Below, one piece after another: positions 9,940 through 18,838 of a DNA stretch of 64,000 bases (its first letter is position 1; each line of letters begins with the position of its first letter). Location of the stretch: positions 7,523 through 71,522 of the forward strand of contig CAYFNG010000004.1 in the NCBI GenBank assembly GCA_964344385.1, read 5' to 3'. The stretch is from an uncultured Sneathiellales bacterium (lineage in GTDB: Bacteria > Pseudomonadota > Alphaproteobacteria > CAYFNG01). The position numbers and the translations under genes are program-made. The notes beneath the pieces were generated by a model. It ran no database searches. It saw only the letters and a program-made list of their open reading frames with translations, and was not told where the DNA came from.

Positions 9940-12900
9940 CTAGCCGCCGCGATCGAGGCGTTGGGACAAGGCCGACAGGGCGATCCGCATTTTGGCGGAT
10001 TCGCCCCGGGCTATCAGGTCGGTCAGCACCCTGGGATCGGCGTCGCCACGGTCGGCTGCGGCAAGTGCCCGGGCCCGGGCCAGCGCGTAATCGACCCAAG
10101 GCACCGATTCCGCCGCGGTGTAGGTTTCCAGGGCCCTGGCAAAATGCTCCAGATCGGCAAGGTTTCCGTGGCGAAGGCAGCTTTCCATCGCCAACTGTCC
10201 AAAATGGAAATGGCAATGGCTGAGCGAGCCCTGAGCCAACAATTCCTCACCGGCCGCCAAGGCGGCAGCGCGCCGTTCAGGATCGTCGCTGGCCAGGGCA
10301 ATGACGGCGTGGGCCACCGGCGCGGTATAGGTTTCGGCGTCGCCCCCGCTGGCCGCCAGCGAAAGATCCGCGCGGCGAACCGCTTCGGGCCAATTTCCGG
10401 TCGAGACCAGGACCATGGCCGCCATGCCTTCGTTGTCGGCGATGAACCGGCGCGACCCAATGCTTTGGGCCAGGGCCAAAGCCTCATCGGCACGGGCCAG
10501 GGCCTGGTCGGCATCGCCGGTGTGACACAGCGCCAGGGCCTCGATGTTGCAACACAGAATGCGGGCCCTGGGGTCGCCGATATCAGCAATCATCTTGCTG
10601 GCATGGGCGCAGTCTTCCAACGCTCCGTCCAGGTCGAGCAGAAAGCTGCGGCAATCGGCGCGCATGACCAGATTGATCGCTTCGATCCGGCTTAAGCGGT
10701 GTTTCCGGGCGACCGCGACACAACGGTCGTAGTACCCGAACGCCGTATCGATCCGGCCGCGGGCGTATTCCGCATCGCCCAGGCCGCTCAGGGCCCGTGC
10801 CTCCAGCTCCGGCGATCGGGCGCGCCGGGCGTGTTCCAGTGCGACCTGCTGTTCCTGGAGACAGGTATCGATCCTACCCATCGGAAAATGGATGTTGCCC
10901 AACAGGTAGTGGATCAGCGACCGCTGGCGGTCGGCCTTGATGCCGTCGATTTCCACGCGGGCCGTATCCAATGCCTCCAGCGCTTCTGTAAAACGATCGA
11001 GCATCGCCAGTCCGCGGGCACGGCCGATCAGCGCGTCGGCCCGATCGGTTTCACACGCGGCCGCGTCTTCGGCCATTGCAAAAGCGGCCAAGGCGTCGTC
11101 GACCTTGCCGATGTCGGTCAAGATCTCGCCCTTGAGCAAGGCCAACCCGGCGTGCGCCTCGCTCGGGTCCGAAGCTTCCAGGCCGCGACTGGCCAGGCGC
11201 AGGGCTTCTTCGGCGTGGTAGAGGCCGGCGGCCTGGCGGGCCGCGGCCAGATAGGCGCTCGAGGCGCCGTCATCGGCGGCCAGGTCCAAATGCTCGGCGG
11301 TCAATGCGAGGTCGCGTTCGCCATACCATTGGGCGGCGCGACGATGCAGTTCGCGGGCACGGGAGGGCAACAAGGACTGGCGAACCGCGTCGCGCACCAG
11401 GGCGTGGGCGAATTGATAGCCGCTTGCGTCACTGCCGTCGACAAATCCGTGGGCGGCCAGCCCGTCCACCTGGTAACCGCCGTCGCCGAGCAGGAAGCGC
11501 AGGGCCGCGGCGGCGAAGTTCTGGCCGATCACGGCGGCGGCCTGCAGGGCCAACCGGTCGTGCGGGTCGAGATTGTCCATCCGGGCCAGGACCAGGCTTT
11601 GCACCGATCCCGGGACTTCACCGGCGCCACGGTTGCGGGCGCCCAGCAGGAGCTGTTCCAGGAACAGCGGGTTGCCGCCGGCCCGTTCGATACAGGCCGC
11701 GACCTGGTCCTCGTCCGCCAGCCCGAACCGTTCGGCCATCGCTTCGGCTTCAAGACGCCGCAACGGGCCAAGATCGAAAGTCAGCAGGGTGCCGCCGGAA
11801 AGGCGCGAACGCCATTGGCGATCGATCGGGTCGCCGCCCTCGCGGGTGGTCAACACCAAGACCAGCGGGTGGTCGACACTGGCCTCGGCAATCACCGACA
11901 GATCCTCGAGCAGCGCCGCAGTGGCCCAATGCACGTCTTCCACCAGCAGAAACAGTGGCTTTTTGTCGGCTGCTTCCGCAAGGATCCGCTTCAGGACCTG
12001 GTGGCGACCCTGCCGCCGGCGTTCGGCCGACATCGCGCCCAGCATGGCTGAGCCGGTTTCGGTTTGGGGTTCGCCCAGAAGGTCGGTGAGGAACACCTGC
12101 TGTGATGCTGTCTCGTCATCGTTGCCGCCATCGGGCGCCATGCCGCCATCAGAGATATCCCGCACCAGCGCCGGCAGTACGTCGCTGGCCCGGTCGTTGC
12201 CGAAATCGAGGATTTGTGCCCGCAGGGCGGCAAACCCTTCGTCCTCGGCAACGCGGCGGAATTCATCGGCCAGCCTGGTCTTGCCGATCCCGGCATCGCC
12301 GCGCAGCAGCGCCACCAGACCCTGATCGGCGTCGCGGGTCGCGGCCAATGCCCCCTGGAACTGGCTGCGTTCGATCCGGCGCCCGACAATTTCGCGCCGT
12401 TCCGGCAGGGCCATTGGTTTGACCAGACCGGTCACCGACCAGACCGAAACCGGCTGGGCAAACCCCTTGACCGTTTCCTGTCCCCGATGCTCGGTGTCCA
12501 ACAGGACGGGGAGCGCGTTGCGAACCTCCTCCGAGACCAGGATGTCGCCATGGGCCGCCAGATCGGTGAGTCGGGCCGCCAGGTTAACCGGCTCGCCGGT
12601 GACCGAGCGCTCCCGCCGGCCGATGCCGCCAGCCAAAACCTGACCGGTGGCAATGCCGATATGGACCTGCAGGGGGGTGGTATCGGGATTGGGCAGTTTG
12701 GCCATTCCGTCGCGGATCGCCATCGCCGCCCGCACCGCCCGCTCCGGGTCGTTGCCATGGGCGACGGGGACGCCGAACACGGCCATCACATTGTCGCCGA
12801 TATGCTTGTCGACGGTCCCGCCGAACTGGACGATGACCTCGTCCGCCATGGCGTAGAAGCCGTTGACCAGTTCGTGCAGCGCCTCCAGGTCCAGCCGTTG

Positions 12901-13761
12901 CGACAGGCCGGTATAGTCGCACAGATCGGCAAACAGGATGGTCGACTGGCGCAGTTCGGTTTCCGAACCGGGTTTCACCGGTGCCGGGTCGGCCATCGCC
13001 TCCGGCCCGGCATCCGGCGCCGGGGCGGGAGCCTGGCGCCGCTGATGCTGAATGGTGTTGTAGAGCTGGTGGGTCTCGGCGGCTGGTGCGACACCCAGTT
13101 CCCGTTGCAGCACCGATTTGCAGCGTCGGTACTGCTTCAAGGCCTGGGCCTGGTCGCCGCGCTTGGCATACAGCCGCATCAGGCTGCGATGCACGTTTTC
13201 CCGCAACGGGTCCAACCCCAGCAGGCGGTTGCAGGCGAAGATGGCGCCGTCGTCGTCCTGGTTGGTCTCGTGCCAGGCCAGCAGGGTTTCCAGCGCTTCG
13301 ACGGCTTGGGCGCGGAGGCGCTGGCGTTCGTTGCGCAGCCAGTCCTCGAAATTCGGTGCCCGCACGTGGAAGCCGTCCAGCAGGTCGCCGCGATACAGCT
13401 CGACGGCCCGGGTCAGGCCGGTCGGGCCGCCGACCGACAACTCGTCCCGGAAGCCATCGACATCCAGTTCGACCGTGCCCGGCGCCAGCGACACCGAGTC
13501 GCCGTCCGCCTGGAGGCAATGTTCGGCTTCGCCCAGCGCCCGCCGGACCGCAGCCAGGGCCTGGCGCAGATTGGCCCGGGCCTGAACCTCGTCGCTGTCC
13601 TCCCACAGCAGCGCCGCCAGCTTGTCACGGCTTTGCGCCTCGCCGCTGCAGGCCAGGAAAGCCAGCATCGCCCGGGCCTTTTTCGAGGTCAGCGAGACCG
13701 GGCCACCGCCAGCCTGGCTCAGCCTCAGCCCACCCAGAAGTGAGATCCTCAACAGCGACAA
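9940..13761 (-). CDS. Multidomain regulator: SARP/BTAD winged-helix, class III nucleotidyl cyclase, P-loop NTPase (AAA_16/STAND-like), TPR-like C-terminal region
   Basis: aa 1-240: LSLLGGLRLS...KKARAMLAFLA...LYRGDLLDGF...HRSLMRLYAKRGDQAQALKQYRRCKSVLQRELGVAPAAET (SARP/BTAD). aa ~272-445: ILFADLCDYTGL...DKHIGDNVMAVFGVP...TGEPVNLAARL (cyclase). aa 488-495: GDAGIGKT (Walker A). The Leu/Ala-rich repeats from ~aa 800 onward are TPR-like. Confidence 0.85.
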   Translation of the reverse strand: MSLLRISLLGGLRLSQAGGGPVSLTSKKARAMLAFLACSGEAQSRDKLAALLWEDSDEVQARANLRQALAAVRRALGEAEHCLQADGDSVSLAPGTVELDVDGFRDELSVGGPTGLTRAVELYRGDLLDGFHVRAPNFEDWLRNERQRLRAQAVEALETLLAWHETNQDDDGAIFACNRLLGLDPLRENVHRSLMRLYAKRGDQAQALKQYRRCKSVLQRELGVAPAAETHQLYNTIQHQRRQAPAPAPDAGPEAMADPAPVKPGSETELRQSTILFADLCDYTGLSQRLDLEALHELVNGFYAMADEVIVQFGGTVDKHIGDNVMAVFGVPVAHGNDPERAVRAAMAIRDGMAKLPNPDTTPLQVHIGIATGQVLAGGIGRRERSVTGEPVNLAARLTDLAAHGDILVSEEVRNALPVLLDTEHRGQETVKGFAQPVSVWSVTGLVKPMALPERREIVGRRIERSQFQGALAATRDADQGLVALLRGDAGIGKTRLADEFRRVAEDEGFAALRAQILDFGNDRASDVLPALVRDISDGGMAPDGGNDDETASQQVFLTDLLGEPQTETGSAMLGAMSAERRRQGRHQVLKRILAEAADKKPLFLLVEDVHWATAALLEDLSVIAEASVDHPLVLVLTTREGGDPIDRQWRSRLSGGTLLTFDLGPLRRLEAEAMAERFGLADEDQVAACIERAGGNPLFLEQLLLGARNRGAGEVPGSVQSLVLARMDNLDPHDRLALQAAAVIGQNFAAAALRFLLGDGGYQVDGLAAHGFVDGSDASGYQFAHALVRDAVRQSLLPSRARELHRRAAQWYGERDLALTAEHLDLAADDGASSAYLAAARQAAGLYHAEEALRLASRGLEASDPSEAHAGLALLKGEILTDIGKVDDALAAFAMAEDAAACETDRADALIGRARGLAMLDRFTEALEALDTARVEIDGIKADRQRSLIHYLLGNIHFPMGRIDTCLQEQQVALEHARRARSPELEARALSGLGDAEYARGRIDTAFGYYDRCVAVARKHRLSRIEAINLVMRADCRSFLLDLDGALEDCAHASKMIADIGDPRARILCCNIEALALCHTGDADQALARADEALALAQSIGSRRFIADNEGMAAMVLVSTGNWPEAVRRADLSLAASGGDAETYTAPVAHAVIALASDDPERRAAALAAGEELLAQGSLSHCHFHFGQLAMESCLRHGNLADLEHFARALETYTAAESVPWVDYALARARALAAADRGDADPRVLTDLIARGESAKMRIALSALSQRLDRGG

Positions 13762-13964
13762 TGATCCGGCTCCGCTTCATCGGTTGGTCGTTGCCGGCAG
13801 CATATCGCCCGTTTCCGGCGAGGCGGAAGAGGGGTTTTTGCAACTTTCCTGTTTTCACGCCTTTTTCACGCTGCCACCCCCATTGCCATCACGGGGCAAA
13901 GAATAGGGTCACCCCATCGAAAACACGGCGGCGAGGGGCGCTGCCCAGCAACGAGGAGAGACCG

Positions 13965-15053
13965 ATGACCGTTTTGGCAATTGACAACACCGACGAGCAG
14001 ATTGTGGCGGAGGAAGACTTTTCCGAACGCATGGCCGATATCCTGAATGCCGGTTCGCTGGCCCTGATGATTTCAATCGGCCATCGCACCGGCCTGTTCG
14101 ACGCGATGGGCAACATGCCGCCGGCAACCAGCGCCGAAATTGCCGCCAAGGCACGGCTTAACGAACGTTATGTCCGGGAATGGCTGGGTGCGATGACCAC
14201 CGGCGGGATCGTCGAGGTCGATCCCCTGGACGGTTTCTTCTCCCTGCCGGCAGAGCGGGCGGCCTGGCTGACCCGTGACGCGGCACCCAACAACATGGCG
14301 GCCTTTACCCAATATGTCGCGGTGCTGGGCGGTGTCGAAGACCGCATCGTCGATTGCTTCCACAACGGCGGCGGCGTGCCTTATTCCGCCTATCCCAGGT
14401 TCCACGAGGTGATGGCCGAGGACAGCGGCCAGACCGTGGTGGCGGCGCTGACCGACCATATCCTTCCCCTAGACCCCGAGCTTGTGGGTCGGCTGACCCG
14501 CGGGATCGAGGTGTTGGACGTCGGCTGCGGCAGCGGGCGGGCCCTGAATCTGTTGGCGAAGACCTTCCCGGCCAGCCGCTTCACCGGCTACGACATTTCC
14601 GAGGAAGCGATCGGCCGCGGCCGCCAGGCGGCGGCGGACGCCGGCCTGACCAATTTGAGTTTCGAAATCAAGGATGTGTCGCAACTGCACGATACGCAGC
14701 GCTATGACCTGATCACCGCCTTCGACGCCGTTCATGATCAGGCCCATCCCGACCTCCTGTTAGCCGGAATTCACCAGGCACTGCGTGACGACGGGCTGTT
14801 CCTGATGCAGGACATCGCCGGTTCGTCCCACGTGCATCACAATATCGACCATCCGATCGGGCCGTTTCTTTACACCATCTCCTGCATGCACTGCATGACC
14901 GTGTCCCTGGCCCAGGGCGGTGCCGGCCTGGGCGCCATGTGGGGCAAGGAGACCGCGGTCGCAATGCTCACCGACGCCGGCTTCGGCCGCATCGACGTCG
15001 AGCAACTCGACCACGATATCCAGAACTACTTCTATCTGGTCCGCAAAGCGTGA
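13965..15053 (+). CDS. Class I SAM-dependent methyltransferase with an N-terminal winged-helix-like domain
   Basis: Start at ATG 13965 (GAGGAGAGACCG ATG), MTVLAIDNTDEQ. SAM motif I VLDVGCGSGRALNLLA. The longer 12981-15053 ORF is antisense to the upstream gene. Confidence 0.85.
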   Translation: MTVLAIDNTDEQIVAEEDFSERMADILNAGSLALMISIGHRTGLFDAMGNMPPATSAEIAAKARLNERYVREWLGAMTTGGIVEVDPLDGFFSLPAERAAWLTRDAAPNNMAAFTQYVAVLGGVEDRIVDCFHNGGGVPYSAYPRFHEVMAEDSGQTVVAALTDHILPLDPELVGRLTRGIEVLDVGCGSGRALNLLAKTFPASRFTGYDISEEAIGRGRQAAADAGLTNLSFEIKDVSQLHDTQRYDLITAFDAVHDQAHPDLLLAGIHQALRDDGLFLMQDIAGSSHVHHNIDHPIGPFLYTISCMHCMTVSLAQGGAGLGAMWGKETAVAMLTDAGFGRIDVEQLDHDIQNYFYLVRKA

Positions 15054-15063
15054 CCGCCCGGTG

Positions 15064-15097
15064 GGCCTCTCCCCTGATCGTCATCGGGGGAGAGGCC
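15064..15097. terminator. GC-rich hairpin between convergent genes (possible bidirectional terminator)
   Basis: ggcctctcccctgat / atcgggggagaggcc forms a ~15-bp stem (one G-U pair) with a 4-nt loop. It lies between the methyltransferase stop (15053) and the FGE-family stop (15097). No clear U-tract. Confidence 0.4.
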
Positions 15098-16590
15098 TAA
15101 TCCTCCAGTTCGCGAACCACCCTGAAACCGGTATCGTCGCTGCGGCGGGACGGGAAGTCCCGCCAGCGGTTGGCGCTGCGCATTTCCCGAGCCGGGAAGC
15201 TCCAGGCGCCGCCGCGGATCACCCGCTTGCCGCAGCCGTTCTTTTCCAGGGGTCCGCCATCGACCGGATAGCCCGAGAGTTTGTCGCCATAGCAATCAGC
15301 GGTCCATTCCCAGACATTGCCGGCCATGTCGTACAGGCCGAAGGGGTTGGGCGGAAATTTGGCAACCGGCGCGGATTTCTCGCCGGCCCACAGGCTGCCG
15401 CAATCGGCGCAGTTTGCGAAACCCGGCAACGCACTATCGCCCCACCAGAAGCGGCTTTGACTGCCGCCCCGGGCAGCGAATTCCCACTCCGCGTCGCTGG
15501 GCAGCCGGTAGGTCTTGCCGGTTTTGCGGCTCAACCACTTGGTATATGCGACCGCGTCCTCCCAACTGACGTTGATGGCCGGGCGGCGGCCGCGCCCCCA
15601 GCCCTCGTCGCTGGGCTTTTCGCGGCCGAATTCGTCGCAGAACCGGTCATATTCCTCGAATGTCACCGGGTGCAGGCCGATTGCAAAAGGCCGCAGGGCA
15701 AGGACCTGACGGGGTGGCTGCTCGTCCCCGTCCCCGTCGCCCTGCAGGTCGCCGCGACGATAGGGCCGGGCGGGCACGATGACCAGCGCCGGACCCGGCG
15801 TGTCGTCGTCGAATTGATCGTGCAGCAGGGAACCGGGCGCCCCGGCCCGGGTCGATAGGGCCAGGCCGCGACCCGCCCTTGGGCTTGTTGCCGAGATTCG
15901 ATCGAAACCCAGGCTTTCAATGATTTTGGTTGGCAACGGCAATTCCTGGCCATACAGCGTGCGGATCAAAATCGTGTCGTTCATCAGCGTGCCGCTGACC
16001 GGATTGCTGCCGGCTCGGAAACTGGCCTGCGCCCCGACGGAGTTGTCATCCTCGATCCGGTCCAGGTCCAGGAAGGAAAGCTGCGCGCGGTTCAATTGAC
16101 GCAGGCCGTTGTTGCCGCGCAGCAGATAGTCGGGTGTCAGGATCCTCACCCGGAAATGGTCGCCACCGCGGCTGATCATCACGTCATTGGCCGGTTGCGC
16201 AGGCGCGCGGATCGCATGGCGCCCGAATTCGATCCGGGCCATTTCGCCGGTGGCGATGCGCAGCGACGGGCCCATGACGTCGCGCAGGACGAACAGACGG
16301 CGGTGCTCCAGCGTGCCAGAGAAACGTTCGCCTGACCGGGTCAGCAGGCGGACCGGCTCGTCGTTTCGGTTCGGGAAGATCAACTTGGCGAGATTGCCAT
16401 AGGGGATGTCTATCCGACCATACGCAGTCGTCATCGAGAAAAATTCCTGGGCAACGGTTCCGACAAACAGGTCACCGTTGCGCAGTACCACGACGTCGTT
16501 TTCCGGAGCCGCCTGGGCACCGCATGTCAGGCTGAAGGCAGCGAGCATGAGGGCGCCGATTAGGTGTTTCCGGCGGCTGGTTTTCGACAT
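15097..16590 (-). CDS. Secreted formylglycine-generating-enzyme (SUMF1/FGE-sulfatase) domain protein with a repeat-containing N-terminal region
   Basis: Signal peptide MSKTSRRKHLIGALMLAAFSLTCGAQAA. C-terminal FGE-domain blocks: HPVTFEEYDRFC, INVSWEDAVAYTKWLS, YRLPSDAEWEFAARGG, GLYDMAGNVWEWTAD, RVIRGGAW. Confidence 0.85.
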   Translation of the reverse strand: MSKTSRRKHLIGALMLAAFSLTCGAQAAPENDVVVLRNGDLFVGTVAQEFFSMTTAYGRIDIPYGNLAKLIFPNRNDEPVRLLTRSGERFSGTLEHRRLFVLRDVMGPSLRIATGEMARIEFGRHAIRAPAQPANDVMISRGGDHFRVRILTPDYLLRGNNGLRQLNRAQLSFLDLDRIEDDNSVGAQASFRAGSNPVSGTLMNDTILIRTLYGQELPLPTKIIESLGFDRISATSPRAGRGLALSTRAGAPGSLLHDQFDDDTPGPALVIVPARPYRRGDLQGDGDGDEQPPRQVLALRPFAIGLHPVTFEEYDRFCDEFGREKPSDEGWGRGRRPAINVSWEDAVAYTKWLSRKTGKTYRLPSDAEWEFAARGGSQSRFWWGDSALPGFANCADCGSLWAGEKSAPVAKFPPNPFGLYDMAGNVWEWTADCYGDKLSGYPVDGGPLEKNGCGKRVIRGGAWSFPAREMRSANRWRDFPSRRSDDTGFRVVRELED

Positions 16591-16782
16591 TTCTCTCGAT
16601 CCACGATTGGCCTCACCGTGGCGAGGATTTTAGCAGAAAAGTTCACCTGACCGGGATACAAGATACCGTGTTTGCTTGAGGATATTTGCTTGGCGACCTC
16701 GTACCGGAGCCCTGATCCGTGCTATGACAAGAGTGGAAAATCCGGTCGCGCATTAAGACGACAAAACAGGGCAGATGGATCG

Positions 16783-17745
16783 ATGACGGAACCAACTATC
16801 ACGGCATTGGGTGGAAGCTCACCGCTGCGGATCGCACGCCGATACTTCCTGGCGACCCGGCCGAAATTTTTCACCGCGTCGGTGCTGCCGGTGCTGCTGG
16901 GCAGCGCCTGGGGTTATTTCGAAGCGGGCGCGTTCAACGCCAGCGCCTTCGCCCTGGGTGCCGCCGCAACGGTCCTGGTGCACGCCGGCGCCAATGTCCT
17001 GAACGACGTCTTCGACGAGTTGAGCGGCAATGACCGGCTGAACCGGGAACGGATGTATCCCTATTCCGGCGGATCCCGATTCATTCAGAACGGTGTCATA
17101 TCGCTGCCGCAGATGGCCAGGTGGGGGACTGTCCTACTGGTTGCGGGCATTGCCTGCGGATTGGCGCTTGCCACACTGCTGGGCATTGAGATCATCCTAT
17201 TCGGGCTGGTCGGGGTTGCACTGGGTGTGCTGTATTCGGCGCCGCCGGTGCGGCTCAGCGGCCGTGGCCTTGGCGAAGTTGCCGTCGGCATCGCCTTCGG
17301 CGTCCTACCCGTCATGGGAGCCGCCTGGCTGCAGACCGGGTATTTGAGCCTTTCGGCGTTCTGGATCTCGCTGCCGGTGTCGCTGTGGGTCACCGCCATC
17401 CTGTTGATCAACGAAGTCCCCGACACCGCCGCCGACGCGGCGGTGGGGCGGCGCACCCTGGCGGTGCGGCTGACGCCGGTCGGGACCGAATTGGCCTATC
17501 TGGGCCTGCAGGTCGCGGCGGCGTTGGTGATCATCGGCGTTGCAGCGATCGGCGAATTGCCGGGTTGGGGCGCGACGGCACCGGTGCTGATGCTGGTAGG
17601 CGCCTGGGTCGCGGGCGGCGGCATTGCCGACCCGGGCGAGGACCGCGGAAAATTGCGCAAGGCGATCGAATTGACGCTGGGTTTGCATGCCTTGGGGTGC
17701 ATGTGGCTGATCGTCCTGGTCACCGGTCGCGGCCTGTTGTGGTGA
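16783..17745 (+). CDS. UbiA-superfamily polyprenyltransferase, MenA-like
   Basis: Polytopic membrane protein. First Asp-rich motif is NVLNDVFDELSGND (NDxxDxxxGxD, the MenA-type spacing as I recall it). The second Asp-rich region is INEVPDTAADAAVGRRT. Confidence 0.8.
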   Translation: MTEPTITALGGSSPLRIARRYFLATRPKFFTASVLPVLLGSAWGYFEAGAFNASAFALGAAATVLVHAGANVLNDVFDELSGNDRLNRERMYPYSGGSRFIQNGVISLPQMARWGTVLLVAGIACGLALATLLGIEIILFGLVGVALGVLYSAPPVRLSGRGLGEVAVGIAFGVLPVMGAAWLQTGYLSLSAFWISLPVSLWVTAILLINEVPDTAADAAVGRRTLAVRLTPVGTELAYLGLQVAAALVIIGVAAIGELPGWGATAPVLMLVGAWVAGGGIADPGEDRGKLRKAIELTLGLHALGCMWLIVLVTGRGLLW

Positions 17746-17755
17746 AGCGTCGAAC

Positions 17756-18193
17756 GTGCGGGCCATTGTCACCAGGGATTTGCGCGGGTTCACCGCCGAA
17801 CAGCTGTTTGCCGTCGCCGGCGACAGCCCGTCCTACCCGAAATTCCTGCCCTTCTGCCTGGCGACACGTCTGACCGGGCGCGACGGCGAGCACCTTCTGT
17901 TCGACAATTTGTACGGCTATGGGCCGGTGCGGGTCCGCTTCAAGAGCCGGGCCCTATACCAGGAACCCAGCGCCATCGAGGTCGTTTCGACCGATGACCC
18001 GTTCGAACTGCTGAAGATCGATTGGCGGTTCGAACCCTTGGCCGATGGTTCGGGGTGCAGGGTCAGCTTTGCGGTCGAGCAGCGCTTCCGGTCCGGCGTC
18101 GTACAGCGGATCGTCTCGATGCTGGGCGAGGCGATGGAGGACAAGGTCTTGGAAGCGTTCGAGGCCCGGGCCCGCGAGGTCTATTCCACGTAG
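17756..18193 (+). CDS. SRPBCC/START-fold protein, COQ10/RatA-like (paralogue 1)
   Basis: Related to the protein at 58631-59077, for example LFAVAGDSPSYPKFLPFC vs LFDLVAGVEKYPEFLPWC, with C-terminal LEAFEARAREVY vs VGAFEARAHDLY. A GTG start is inferred. Confidence 0.7.
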   Translation: MRAIVTRDLRGFTAEQLFAVAGDSPSYPKFLPFCLATRLTGRDGEHLLFDNLYGYGPVRVRFKSRALYQEPSAIEVVSTDDPFELLKIDWRFEPLADGSGCRVSFAVEQRFRSGVVQRIVSMLGEAMEDKVLEAFEARAREVYST

Positions 18194-18834
18194 GAATCGT
18201 CCAGCGTCGACAGGTAGGCAAGGATGTCGACCATGTCCTGGTTGGGCCGGTTGGCGAAATACTCGTCGGCCGCCCGGTGGCGGCGGGTCTTGTCCAGGAA
18301 TTTGGCGATCTGGATGGCCAGGTACTTGGTATGCTGACCGGTCATCAGTGGCCCCTTCTTGGTGCCTTCGCCCAACATGCCGTGGCAATCGCCGCAGTCC
18401 ACGTCATAGAGCGCCTTGCCGCGCACGATGTCGCCGGGACTGCGCGGGATGTTGAGGACCTTCTTGGCCTGCAGGAGCCGTTCCAACCCGTCCACGCGTT
18501 TCTCCAGGGGCGGCAATTGGGTGGCCAGCTCGATCGACGCGATATAGGCGGCGACGTCCTTGACGTCCTCCTCGGGCAGCTCCCGCTCCGTTGCGTAGGG
18601 CAGCATCGGAATGTTCTCGCGCTTGCGGCTCTTGAACAGGCGCATCTGCTTGACCAGGTACTTCTCCCGCATGCCGGCCAGGCGGGGATAGACGCCACCG
18701 CCGCCGCCCTGTGCGAACGGCCCGTGGCAGCCGGCACAGACCTCATAGACTTCCTCGCCGTTTTCCAGGTCGGCGGCGTTGAGCGGTGCGGCCCACAGCA
18801 ATCCCGCCGCCAGGATGGGGAATAGCCGCCGCAC
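18181..18834 (-). CDS. Dihaem c-type cytochrome (last gene of the nos cluster)
   Basis: Two CxxCH motifs (CAGCH, CGDCH). Signal-like N-terminus VRRLFPILAAGLLWAAPLNA. GTG at 18834 lies 4 nt after the nosY stop. The upstream part of ORF 18181-19059 overlaps nosY out of frame. Confidence 0.75.
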   Translation of the reverse strand: MRRLFPILAAGLLWAAPLNAADLENGEEVYEVCAGCHGPFAQGGGGGVYPRLAGMREKYLVKQMRLFKSRKRENIPMLPYATERELPEEDVKDVAAYIASIELATQLPPLEKRVDGLERLLQAKKVLNIPRSPGDIVRGKALYDVDCGDCHGMLGEGTKKGPLMTGQHTKYLAIQIAKFLDKTRRHRAADEYFANRPNQDMVDILAYLSTLDDSYVE

Positions 18835-18838
18835 CGGG

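Noticed and set aside
10699-13743. Plus-strand ORFs of 450 and 509 aa (10699-12051 and 12214-13743)
   Set aside because: Both are antisense to the 1273-aa multidomain gene and have no motifs. They are a compositional artefact.
12981-13964. 5' two-thirds of the 690-aa ORF 12981-15053
   Set aside because: This part is Pro/Arg/Gly-rich and antisense to the SARP-cyclase gene. The methyltransferase homology begins only at ATG 13965, which has a good Shine-Dalgarno sequence.
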